A DNA stretch of 64,000 nucleotides from an uncultured Selenomonadaceae bacterium (GTDB lineage: Bacteria > Bacillota > Negativicutes > Selenomonadales > Selenomonadaceae): assembly GCA_905235685.1 (NCBI GenBank), contig CAJOMO010000010.1, positions 247 through 64,246 on the forward strand. Direction: 5' to 3'. The notes beneath the pieces were generated by a model. That model saw only the letters and a list, made by a program, of their open reading frames with translations, made no database searches and was not told where the DNA came from. Numbering within the stretch: position 1 is the stretch's first letter; each line of letters begins with the position of its first letter. Below, piece by piece: positions 8,960 to 17,056 of this stretch. The position numbers and the translations under genes are program-made.

Positions 8960-9757
8960 TTATCTGGCTCTGTACAGCGACATAGCCACATTCCATTGAT
9001 AGCCGCGGCTGGTTGTTTTTACTAAATCGTCATAAGAATAATTTTGCAGTCTTATCGAATTAGCGCCGTCAGCATTGGCGTCAAGCCACTGCACACCGTT
9101 ATCGGTGCGGCTAACGAATATAGCCGAATGAGCGCCGCCACTGCCGCGTTTGATTTGTATGAAATCGCCAGGCTGAGCTTGTGCAAATAAATTTCTAAAA
9201 GCCTCTCTGGCTTGGTCGCGATTATTTGTCTGCGAAACTTCCGCAACTTGATACACTCGCGCAGGAGTATTATTCAGCCGCCAATTGTAGTAATTTGAAG
9301 AGGTGCTGCCGCTACCGATGTAGCCGGTATCGTACAGGATATTGAAAATGTACGCGGCAAATTCTTTGCACTGAATGGCACTGGAATTGAGATATTTCTC
9401 CGCATTGCCACTGCGCGAATAGCCGTTAGTCCACGTTCTGCCATTCCAACGATTTATGAGCTCCTGCAATTTGGAGTTTCCATCATTAGAGCCGTTGAAA
9501 ATATCTTTGGAAACCCAACGACGTTTTGGACCGGAAGGCGTCGGATAGGTAACTTCAAAGGCGCGGCTGGTTTCCTGGTGAACAGTTACCAAATCGCCGC
9601 GGTCAACTCGTTCATTGCCCGTTCGATTTGTTAAAGCCTCGTCGCGATACGCAGGAACTGTATTGTCCGCGTAACGCTGATAATCCGCCATCGCTGTTAC
9701 GGCAAAAATCATAGTGAAGACGAACGCCATTGCGGCTAAAATTTTTCTCTTCAACAT
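8960..9757 (-). CDS. Secreted cell-wall hydrolase: SH3b-like N-domain + CHAP-like Cys/His amidase/peptidase domain
   Basis: 265 aa. The N-terminal ~90 aa are nearly identical to the next gene (signal peptide + SH3b-like GDLVTVHQETSRAFEVTYPTPSGPKRRWVSK). The C-domain has a Q-C nucleophile (AIQCKEFAAY) and GGAHSAIFV...DANADG, paralogous to the 10572-11180 product. Confidence 0.7.
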   Translation of the reverse strand: MLKRKILAAMAFVFTMIFAVTAMADYQRYADNTVPAYRDEALTNRTGNERVDRGDLVTVHQETSRAFEVTYPTPSGPKRRWVSKDIFNGSNDGNSKLQELINRWNGRTWTNGYSRSGNAEKYLNSSAIQCKEFAAYIFNILYDTGYIGSGSTSSNYYNWRLNNTPARVYQVAEVSQTNNRDQAREAFRNLFAQAQPGDFIQIKRGSGGAHSAIFVSRTDNGVQWLDANADGANSIRLQNYSYDDLVKTTSRGYQWNVAMSLYRAR

Positions 9758-9847
9758 TTGAAATCAATCCTCCTCGATTAATAAAAATCAAATTTGAAAA
9801 GGGTTTACGCCATAGGCATCACCTCCGAATTTAAATAAACGAAAGTC

Positions 9848-10555
9848 TTACAATATGCGTTCCAAATAAGGATACGGATTGCTGTTGTCAAGTGTTGGGT
9901 CGTTTACACTTTTGGCAGCAGCTCTGCGTTGTCCGTCACGTACCTCAAGATGAATGTGCGAAGAAGATGCGCCAACGCTACCTTGAGTACCAATTACAGT
10001 GCCTCTGCTGACGGTTTGCCCTTCCTGAACACGAATAGAGCCCATGTGCAAATACACTACAGTTTTGTTATTGGCGGAATCGTAAATTGCAACGGTGTTG
10101 ATTCTGTCGCCGCCGGCTTTGGTCACGACACCGGAAGCTATCGCGTGTATTTCAGCGCCGTTTGACAAAACCATATCGATACCCTCGTGGCGTCCAGGTG
10201 TATTTACATAGCTGTCAAAATCACAAGAAATTCTTCCGCCCGAACGTCCAAAAACAGCGTTGAGCAACTTTTGACGAACGTCATTTGAATCGTTGAAAAT
10301 GCTCTTAGAAACCCAACGACGTTTTGGACCGGAGGGCGTCGGATAGGTAACTTCATAGGCGCGGCTGGTTTCCTGGTGAACAGTTACCAAATCGCCGCGG
10401 TCAACTCGCTCATTGCCCGTGCGATTCGTCAAAGCCTCGTCGCGATACGCAGGAACTGTATTGTCCGCGTAACGCTGATAATCCGCCATTGCCGTTACCG
10501 CGAAAATCAGCGTGAAAACGAACGCCATTGCGGCTAAAATTTTTCTCTTCAACAT
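9848..10555 (-). CDS. Secreted M23 (LytM-type) metalloendopeptidase with SH3b-like N-domain
   Basis: 235 aa. HxxxD motif (GRHEGIDM) and HxH motif (SSHIHLEV). N-terminal module shared with 8960-9757. Confidence 0.85.
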   Translation of the reverse strand: MLKRKILAAMAFVFTLIFAVTAMADYQRYADNTVPAYRDEALTNRTGNERVDRGDLVTVHQETSRAYEVTYPTPSGPKRRWVSKSIFNDSNDVRQKLLNAVFGRSGGRISCDFDSYVNTPGRHEGIDMVLSNGAEIHAIASGVVTKAGGDRINTVAIYDSANNKTVVYLHMGSIRVQEGQTVSRGTVIGTQGSVGASSSHIHLEVRDGQRRAAAKSVNDPTLDNSNPYPYLERIL

Positions 10556-10571
10556 TTAAAAAACCCCCTCA

Positions 10572-11180
10572 TCAATTTGGATAATTAATCGGCTCGTATA
10601 CCGTGAAACCTTTGTTTCTGTCGGCTAATTGCGCCCAAGTATAATTATTTACTTGAATGGTATTTCTACCGTCCGCGTTTGCCTCGTAGAAAGTACAACC
10701 GCTGCCGTCATTTGCCGCGTAAAAGAAAATCGCCGTGTGAGGTTTTGGAGCATTACCTTTACTGTTTAATTTGTAACGCCGCCCCATTTGAACAATCGCG
10801 CCTGGCTTCACATTCCAGAATAAATTTTTTACAGCTTCAGCGTCATTCGAACTAAAATCAAAAAGCTGTCCAACAACACGTGAGCCACTATAATTCTCTA
10901 CGCCGTAATTGTTATTGGTGTAGCCGGAAATAGTGAGCCCGAAAAGCCGCTGATAAACTTTGTTGGCAAAACCACGACATTCACCACTACCGTTATAGCG
11001 CGTGCCTTCAATAAAGCCGTCAGTCTTCTTAGCAAGGTTTAGAATGTTGACAGTGTTTCTGATGCTCGCGCCCTCGGGAATGTGCATACTTACAGCTTCT
11101 GCTCGATTAATGCCGCTAAAAATAACGGCAACTGCCAATACAACCGTGAAAACAATAAATTTTTTGGCTTTGTCGAACAT
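10572..11180 (-). CDS. Secreted CHAP-like Cys/His cell-wall hydrolase
   Basis: 202 aa. Signal peptide ...SGINRAEA. GECRGFANKVYQ (Cys), KPHTAIFF (His), EANADGRNTIQVNNY. Aligns with the C-domain of 8960-9757. Confidence 0.65.
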   Translation of the reverse strand: MFDKAKKFIVFTVVLAVAVIFSGINRAEAVSMHIPEGASIRNTVNILNLAKKTDGFIEGTRYNGSGECRGFANKVYQRLFGLTISGYTNNNYGVENYSGSRVVGQLFDFSSNDAEAVKNLFWNVKPGAIVQMGRRYKLNSKGNAPKPHTAIFFYAANDGSGCTFYEANADGRNTIQVNNYTWAQLADRNKGFTVYEPINYPN

Positions 11181-11254
11181 TTTAAAATCCTCCCTTCAAA
11201 TATAAATCAAACTTCCTCAAAAAATACAATCATAGGCACCACCTCCTTAAAGAT

Positions 11255-11878
11255 TCATTTCTTCGTCGGCGGCTCATTGAAAAAATCAGCAACGATTTTA
11301 TCGACCGCGTCGCGTGAAGCCTTTGAAACAGAATTTCTAACGCAAATGGTAGGGACTTCTTTGCCGCCAATGCTCATCTTCAAACCCTTAGTATTTGCCT
11401 TGAGTTCAGAGGTTTTGGACACGCCTTCGCCCTGAGCGTAAATAATATCTTCGCCGGCTTTAACGTCCATTACTCGAACAATCATAGAACATTTTACAGA
11501 GCGAATATGCCCGCCGTTGCCCGCAATTTCAAAAGTCAAATCTTGACTGTTGACGCCGCTCATATTGCCGTAAATCAGATAATCGACTTTGATAATTTCG
11601 GCAATTCTGCGGGCGACGCTAAGCGGAATCAGCCCCGTTGTCAGTAATTTTTCTTCAGAAATTTCGTTGGCGTTTTCCCAATCGATTAAATCAAATCTTC
11701 CCGTGTCAAATAACGCCTTCATAAGAAATTCGGAGGCTATCAATCCAGCATTGCTAGGCTGCGAACCATAAACGCCCAAATCCATTACCGCCACGCGCGG
11801 CTTGTTATTTTCCGCCGCCTCACAAATATTCGCGAAAATCGCCAAACAAAAAATCATCGCGCAGATACGTTTCATCAT
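11255..11878 (-). CDS. Exported CsgG/LpoB-fold protein (paralog 3)
   Basis: 207 aa. KPRVAVMDLGVYG...LMKALFDTGRFDLIDWE...VDYLIYGNMSG...CSMIVRVMDVKAGEDI fits the CsgG-family pattern. Signal peptide without a canonical lipobox. Confidence 0.6.
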   Translation of the reverse strand: MMKRICAMIFCLAIFANICEAAENNKPRVAVMDLGVYGSQPSNAGLIASEFLMKALFDTGRFDLIDWENANEISEEKLLTTGLIPLSVARRIAEIIKVDYLIYGNMSGVNSQDLTFEIAGNGGHIRSVKCSMIVRVMDVKAGEDIIYAQGEGVSKTSELKANTKGLKMSIGGKEVPTICVRNSVSKASRDAVDKIVADFFNEPPTKK

Positions 11879-11887
11879 TTTCAGCCC

Positions 11888-12751
11888 TCATTTCAAAAAA
11901 AGTTTATTAGCGTCCATATCGGCAATCATTGCCTTGACAATTTTATCAGCCGCATCATTCAGCGCCTTTGTGTACAACGAATCGGACAGTTTTTCATGCC
12001 CAAATTTGATTGACGCAATTTCAAGGAATTTACTTTGCCCTTTGCCGACAACGCGCTTGCTCCAAACAACTTCGCCAGTCGACGCCTTAATCACGCGAAC
12101 GTCGCATTGAACACCGATACCTTTAATCGTCACGCTGACTTCGCCCATTTCACCAAGAAATTTCAACGCGCTCAAAGATTTTCCAAACAAATTTGACGCT
12201 TGGGAACTCGCCACTTTAGCAACATTACTTATTGCGCCGGAGACAAATTCTAAATCTTCGCTGAGCCAGCTGCCCGTGCCCAAATTTATAATTGTGCCTT
12301 GAATCAGATATTCGGCGTTGCCATGGATTTTGCCGATTTCCGCGGTAATTTCCGGCGTGATATATTGCCCGACCTGCGCGGTGACTATCGACTGCGCTTT
12401 TTTTTCGTTGAAACCGTCGCCTTCGAAAAATTTATTGTAATCGCCGCTGTTTATCGCCGAATCAAATCGCGTCAGCTCGTCAACTTTTTCGTCGTACAAC
12501 CTCGCCTCCAAATTCGCGTCAACAATGTCTTTGGTTGGAAATCTGAAACGATCTTTTGCGGCGTACATCCTAAGCGCAACCATCTCCGAGATTTTTCCCG
12601 CGGTATTCAGTTGGTCGTAGCGCGTGTCGTCGGTGAATTTTAAGAATACGCAGGTAGGCTTTTCTCGCGCAGTCGTCGTTGCAGGAATTAACCAAATCAC
12701 CGCGAAAGTCAAAATCAACAGCGCTTTAATGTTTCTTGCGTTTAGTTTCAT
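11888..12751 (-). CDS. Exported CsgG/LpoB-fold protein (paralog 2)
   Basis: Start moved to ATG 12751 (GGAGGG SD 8 nt upstream). KPTCVFLKFTDDT...AEYLIQGTIINLG...VQCDVRVIKASTGEVVWS. Overlaps the upstream gene's 3' end by 26 nt. Confidence 0.55.
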   Translation of the reverse strand: MKLNARNIKALLILTFAVIWLIPATTTAREKPTCVFLKFTDDTRYDQLNTAGKISEMVALRMYAAKDRFRFPTKDIVDANLEARLYDEKVDELTRFDSAINSGDYNKFFEGDGFNEKKAQSIVTAQVGQYITPEITAEIGKIHGNAEYLIQGTIINLGTGSWLSEDLEFVSGAISNVAKVASSQASNLFGKSLSALKFLGEMGEVSVTIKGIGVQCDVRVIKASTGEVVWSKRVVGKGQSKFLEIASIKFGHEKLSDSLYTKALNDAADKIVKAMIADMDANKLFLK

Positions 12752-13505
12752 CCTTAACACCCTCCGGCAATTTCAACAGAGATTTATCCGGCGTCGAAGA
12801 AAATTCCTGGATTTTGATAATGCATTTGCGCCCGTCGATTTTCCCGCTGCTGTCTTTGTGATAAGAGGCGGCGGCGATTTTCACCAAATTATTTCCGGAA
12901 AAATAATATCGCACAACTTCAGTCTCGCCGTTATCGTCCGAGCGATAATCTTCGTAAAAAAGCCCGTTGGCAAGTTTGCCCTGCGCGATAAATCGATAAC
13001 CGGAACTTTGGGCGCTCTTTTCGCTGTTGGGCAAAATGGCATTCAGCAAGCGGGACATATCGGCGTCGCCGTAACTTTTGCCCTCGATAATTTCAGCCAG
13101 ATAATTTTTCTCATTGGCAGCAACACGATTTTTCCGCGTACCAAAATATTCCCAGCGATTTTTTTTCTTGTACTTGCTAAAAACAAAATCCTCGCCGTCC
13201 TTCGAAAACCGACAAAGTTTAAAATCTTCGTCGCCAATTTCTTCGTAGCGAGTTTGCCCGTCAGCCACAACCACTCCGCTTTGAGGTTTGTAGGTCAAGT
13301 AATCATTTTCTGCGGAGGCTAAGCCGCTTTTGCCGTAAAGTTCAACTCTATCGCGGTTGGTAACGCGCGGCGGGGGCGTCAAATTTTCGTAGCGGATGGT
13401 ATAGGAATTTCGCAACAAGATTTCGCGGTAAAGGTCAATTTTCGCCGCCGAAACTTCCGCCGTAGATAAAAAAATCAGCAGGACGGCGATTAAAAATTTC
13501 TTCAT
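12726..13505 (-). CDS. Exported protein of unknown function (paralog of 13502-14317; LolA-like beta fold suspected)
   Basis: 259 aa. Signal peptide MKKFLIAVLLIFLSTAEVSA. Shares YREILLRNSYTIRYEN / YRRIFRSGNFYVEFRDK and a C-terminal ...I(K/Q)..S..P...(L/F)K(L/I).. pattern with its neighbour. ATGA overlap with the upstream gene. Confidence 0.6.
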   Translation of the reverse strand: MKKFLIAVLLIFLSTAEVSAAKIDLYREILLRNSYTIRYENLTPPPRVTNRDRVELYGKSGLASAENDYLTYKPQSGVVVADGQTRYEEIGDEDFKLCRFSKDGEDFVFSKYKKKNRWEYFGTRKNRVAANEKNYLAEIIEGKSYGDADMSRLLNAILPNSEKSAQSSGYRFIAQGKLANGLFYEDYRSDDNGETEVVRYYFSGNNLVKIAAASYHKDSSGKIDGRKCIIKIQEFSSTPDKSLLKLPEGVKDETKRKKH

Positions 13506-14317
13506 AACGTTTCAGCCTCCATTGTGCCGATTTTTACCGGTATCTCCAAAAGGTCGTTTATGTCGCCCATGCCTGCTGCGTAAAGCTCAGTATTTTTTTC
13601 GATTTTAAAAGTGTCCGCGGGAATTTCGGATTGGATTTTCTGCACCTTCAAAACGTTCAGCGGATAAGTTTTTCCGCCCCGCACAAGGTAACTTTCTGCG
13701 CGAAAAAGTTTGCCGTCCTTGTAAAACATTTCGTAAACCAAAGAGGCAGTGTCGCCGCCCGCCAAATTTTTTATCTCGCAGACGTAACGGTCGCAGTCAT
13801 AATCTCTGCCGTCAACTTTTTTCTTAGTGGATTCTTGAAAAACCGGCGCGTCAATCGCGGGCGTTTTCCAGCGAAAAGTATCTTCCCAATAGAAAACCGC
13901 CAATTCGTCCGGCAGCGCCAATCTCTGCGAAATTGTGTTCCAGCCGTCGCGCGGATTTAAATTTTCGTGGTTGATTTTATCGGCTTCGCAAACCAGCGCC
14001 TTTTTCTTTTCGAGGAATTGATAAAATTTTCCGTCGCGATAAAGGACTTCGGGATTTTTATCTTCGCCAACAAAAATTGCGCCCAAAGGATTAAACCAGG
14101 CGATTGAACCGCTCTCGGCGTCGTAGCGCATTCTTTCGACGCGCATGCCATTTTTACCGGCTAAAATCCGCGTACCCCATTTGTCGCGAAATTCAACATA
14201 AAAATTGCCGGAGCGGAAAATTCGCCGATATTCAGCAGCCGCCGCCTGTTCAGCACTAACCACATTAAAATTAAACATACCGAACAGCAACGCCAGCATT
14301 AAAATTTTCGCAGTCAT
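13502..14317 (-). CDS. Exported protein of unknown function (paralog of 12726-13505)
   Basis: 271 aa. Signal peptide MTAKILMLALLFGMFNFNVVSA. Beta-rich composition. See the paralog above. Confidence 0.6.
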   Translation of the reverse strand: MTAKILMLALLFGMFNFNVVSAEQAAAAEYRRIFRSGNFYVEFRDKWGTRILAGKNGMRVERMRYDAESGSIAWFNPLGAIFVGEDKNPEVLYRDGKFYQFLEKKKALVCEADKINHENLNPRDGWNTISQRLALPDELAVFYWEDTFRWKTPAIDAPVFQESTKKKVDGRDYDCDRYVCEIKNLAGGDTASLVYEMFYKDGKLFRAESYLVRGGKTYPLNVLKVQKIQSEIPADTFKIEKNTELYAAGMGDINDLLEIPVKIGTMEAETL

Positions 14318-14320
14318 AGC

Positions 14321-15022
14321 TTAAACCTTCCTCTGCTTGGTCGAGCCGTCGAGCAGCGCTTCAATTTCCTTGACGGCGTCAATCACGGCTTTGTATAGCG
14401 CATTTCGCACCTGAATTTGATTTACTTCACTACTGCCAATAGAAATTTTGTACATATCCGGCGTTTCATAAAATTTTGGGTTTATATCTAATTCGGCAGA
14501 GCCGCGCGAAGATTCGCCCCAGCCTTCAGCCATCAGCACCATTTCACCGGTTTCAATGTTGACAAAACGCACAGAAATAGTTGCGGTAACGGTTTGTTTA
14601 TTGACACCGGCAATTTTTGCCATATTCACCGGCGTGTTTTTGGAGCTGATATTTGTAACGTTGCCTTTAACGATGTATTGTACGTTTTTAATTTTGCCGA
14701 CCATAGCTCGCGCTTCGTCGCTCGTCAGACCGCTATTTTGAAGTTTGATTTCGTTTAACGCGTCTTGAAAATCTTCACGGTCAAACATTCCGAATCTGCC
14801 GGTGTGCCAAAGACGCAGTAACAAAAAATCTGATACAATCGCGGCGTCCCTTAACGCAACTTTATTACTGATTTCGTTTGGTATCGAAGATTTGTCTTTA
14901 AATGGCAAAACTGAAACATTCGGCGAGTGTTTCAAGCCCTCTTCGATTATCGGCTCTGCCAGCGCGGAACTTACTCCGATAAGAAAAAACGCCGCTAAAC
15001 TTAACAAAAAAATTTTTCGCAT
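14321..15022 (-). CDS. Exported CsgG/LpoB-fold protein (paralog 1)
   Basis: 233 aa. Signal peptide ...IGVSSALA. NVSVLPFKDKS...LLLRLWHTGRFGMFDREDFQDALNEIKLQNSG...VQYIVKGNVTNI...ISVRFVNIETGEMV. Confidence 0.6.
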   Translation of the reverse strand: MRKIFLLSLAAFFLIGVSSALAEPIIEEGLKHSPNVSVLPFKDKSSIPNEISNKVALRDAAIVSDFLLLRLWHTGRFGMFDREDFQDALNEIKLQNSGLTSDEARAMVGKIKNVQYIVKGNVTNISSKNTPVNMAKIAGVNKQTVTATISVRFVNIETGEMVLMAEGWGESSRGSAELDINPKFYETPDMYKISIGSSEVNQIQVRNALYKAVIDAVKEIEALLDGSTKQRKV

Positions 15023-15038
15023 TGTAATTTCGCCCCCG

Positions 15039-16112
15039 TCATTCGATGTTCAATTTGCAACTGTTAGCGCTCATATTTTCAATAGAAATTTTAAGTTTCG
15101 TACGAGCCTTCAGCGCCGTAAAAATTGCGTGCGGTTTCTGCGCAGAATCCACAGTCAGCACCGCCTCATTACCGGTTATTTCGCGAATGTAAACGCCGTT
15201 AACCATGCCGAGCTCCCGAATTTCTTCAATGCACCGGTTAAGATTTTCCTCGTTATTCGCGCTGATTGTAAAGGTAAGCCCTTGCACAGGTTGAGAGCTG
15301 AACTTTTTAAAAGTGTCGGCAAGTTTTTCGGCGGCTTGAGCGGAAACCTGCGCGACGGCGAATTGAGTACCTTGTTTGTCATCGCCGTGAAGAATATTTG
15401 TCATAACAGAAAAAGTACCGATCTTTTCGCCGGTGTCATTTTTCAGCACAGTTAAATTCAAATTCACTTGAACATTTTTCAAGCCGGTATCCACGTCGGC
15501 GGAATTTGGCTGCTTATTGCTGAAATCTGGCACGTGAACTTCTTCGGCAAGGCTGTTATATTTGCCAACGACAAGATAATCGGCGTTCGTGTTGGAAATT
15601 TTCCCACCGTCGCCAACTTCGGCTTCCACAACGTGATTGAAACCCAGGCTCAAAAGTTTGTCGGACAAAGCGCCTTCAGCAAAAACGTCGCGCACATTTG
15701 TTTGATTATCTGAAATGTTGAAAACCACCACGGCAATTCGAGGATCGTTCAGCTGCAAAATCATCGTCAGCTCGTCAATGAGTTTACCGTTCGGGCTGGT
15801 ATCGACGTCAATTCGCGCCTGCACTTTGTAGACGGAAGAATCAATCTTGCCTTCGCTCAAAATTTTTATTCCCTTGACGAAACCTTGAGATTTTTTGTAA
15901 ACTTCGTCCAACTGAATCTTCAAATCTTCCATGAGCGTCCTGGAGTCAATGTAAACCCCAACGACTTGTTCCACGGCAATTTGAGCGGCGTTGCGAATGG
16001 CTGAATCCCTGTCGAGCCCCATTCCAACAACCGTCACTTCCTGCGCTGAAACTTTTCCAAAAAATATTGTCAAAATCAGCGCCGTCATCAGAAAAAATTT
16101 TTTCAAGACCAT
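15039..16112 (-). CDS. Exported three-domain LPP20/FlgT-like protein
   Basis: 357 aa. Signal peptide ...IFFGKVSA. N-domain VTVVGMGLDRDSAIRNAAQIAVEQVVGVYIDS (LPP20/FlgT_N-like). Middle domain DPRIAVVVFNISDN (TolB-N/CsgG-like). Extra C-domain. First gene of the operon. Confidence 0.5.
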   Translation of the reverse strand: MVLKKFFLMTALILTIFFGKVSAQEVTVVGMGLDRDSAIRNAAQIAVEQVVGVYIDSRTLMEDLKIQLDEVYKKSQGFVKGIKILSEGKIDSSVYKVQARIDVDTSPNGKLIDELTMILQLNDPRIAVVVFNISDNQTNVRDVFAEGALSDKLLSLGFNHVVEAEVGDGGKISNTNADYLVVGKYNSLAEEVHVPDFSNKQPNSADVDTGLKNVQVNLNLTVLKNDTGEKIGTFSVMTNILHGDDKQGTQFAVAQVSAQAAEKLADTFKKFSSQPVQGLTFTISANNEENLNRCIEEIRELGMVNGVYIREITGNEAVLTVDSAQKPHAIFTALKARTKLKISIENMSANSCKLNIE

Positions 16113-16191
16113 TTCACCCCCTTAAACAACTTAACTACGGATAAAGCTACCCTCCTTTCACTAAAACTAAAGTTAAGAAACTTTGTGGCGA

Positions 16192-16220
16192 ATTATACCG
16201 CGCTTTTACTGATTTTACAA
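16192..16220 (-). promoter_or_regulatory. Sigma-70-type promoter of the envelope operon
   Basis: Minus strand reads TTGTAA - 17 nt - TATAAT, about 75 nt upstream of ATG 16112. Confidence 0.55.
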
Positions 16221-16311
16221 GGCGCAATGCGAATTTAATGTTGCTTTAACCTTTCGCGCAGATTTTCATATTTGTGTTATAATTTCCGAAAAATTTTTAA
16301 GGACTGATTTT

Positions 16312-16983
16312 ATGAAGGCTGAAACCAAAGACAGGCTCACCGCCGAAATTGCAACCACAGATTTTTTTGACAAACTGCCCGCCGAAATTCGCGGCTGTGC
16401 TTTGACGAAAATTTTTGCGGCGGACGGCGATAAATTTATTTATTTCACCTGCGCGAACGAAACGGCTCACCGCGCTTTGATTGTTTATTTCCACGAAGAA
16501 ACCGCCGAATATAAAATTCGCGTAAAAATCGGCTTGACGGAATTTTGCTTGACAAATTTTTTCACGCGAAACTTTCAGCGCTTCATTGAAAATCTCGACG
16601 CGAAACTTGACGCCACCATTCAAAAACTCAACGCGCCCGTCGATACCAAAACCGATTTGTTTATCGGCAGTCAAAATCTCGGCGATTGGACTTTCGCGAA
16701 AAATCTGCCCAAAAATCTTGACGGTTTCGAACTTTTCATCGCGCCCGATAAGCCCGTGAAAATCACCAACGGCTCGTACATTATTTTGAATTACAGCGAT
16801 TTTGCGAATCAGAGCGACTTCACGATTTTTTACAATTTTTACACCGGCGGTTACAGCGGCGAATCGCGCATTAAACTCGTGCCGTACGTAAGCTACACTT
16901 TTGACGCGAAAAATTTAGCCGAATTGGAAATTAAATTGCAAAAAAATTTATCCGGCGAAATTCAACGTATCAGAAATTTTTAA
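16312..16983 (+). CDS. Hypothetical cytoplasmic protein
   Basis: 223-aa ORF with no recognisable motifs. Preceded by an extended -10 (TGTTATAAT, 16275-16283). Confidence 0.6.
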   Translation: MKAETKDRLTAEIATTDFFDKLPAEIRGCALTKIFAADGDKFIYFTCANETAHRALIVYFHEETAEYKIRVKIGLTEFCLTNFFTRNFQRFIENLDAKLDATIQKLNAPVDTKTDLFIGSQNLGDWTFAKNLPKNLDGFELFIAPDKPVKITNGSYIILNYSDFANQSDFTIFYNFYTGGYSGESRIKLVPYVSYTFDAKNLAELEIKLQKNLSGEIQRIRNF

Positions 16984-17056
16984 AATAAATCGGCAGGAAC
17001 TTTCAACAGCAACGCGAATTTTTTTCTAAATATTAAGCGTGTAGGGGGAGATTCTG

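Noticed and set aside
12624-13322. Long antisense ORFs inside real genes (for example 12624-13322 +, 8087-8695 +, 33276-34076 -, 35562-36338 -, 42401-43030 -, 61163-61954 +, 26455-27072 -)
   Set aside because: Each lies opposite a gene with strong family motifs. Their products are R/F/N/I-rich with no SD and no domain signatures. These are shadow ORFs caused by codon bias.
16211-16225. Shared motif GATTTTACAAGGCGC at 16211 and 22964 (upstream of the envelope operon and of glgC)
   Set aside because: This is a 12-13 nt match that mostly comprises a -35-like TTGTAA/TTTACA hexamer plus GC. It is too short to separate from chance and promoter composition without genome-wide statistics.
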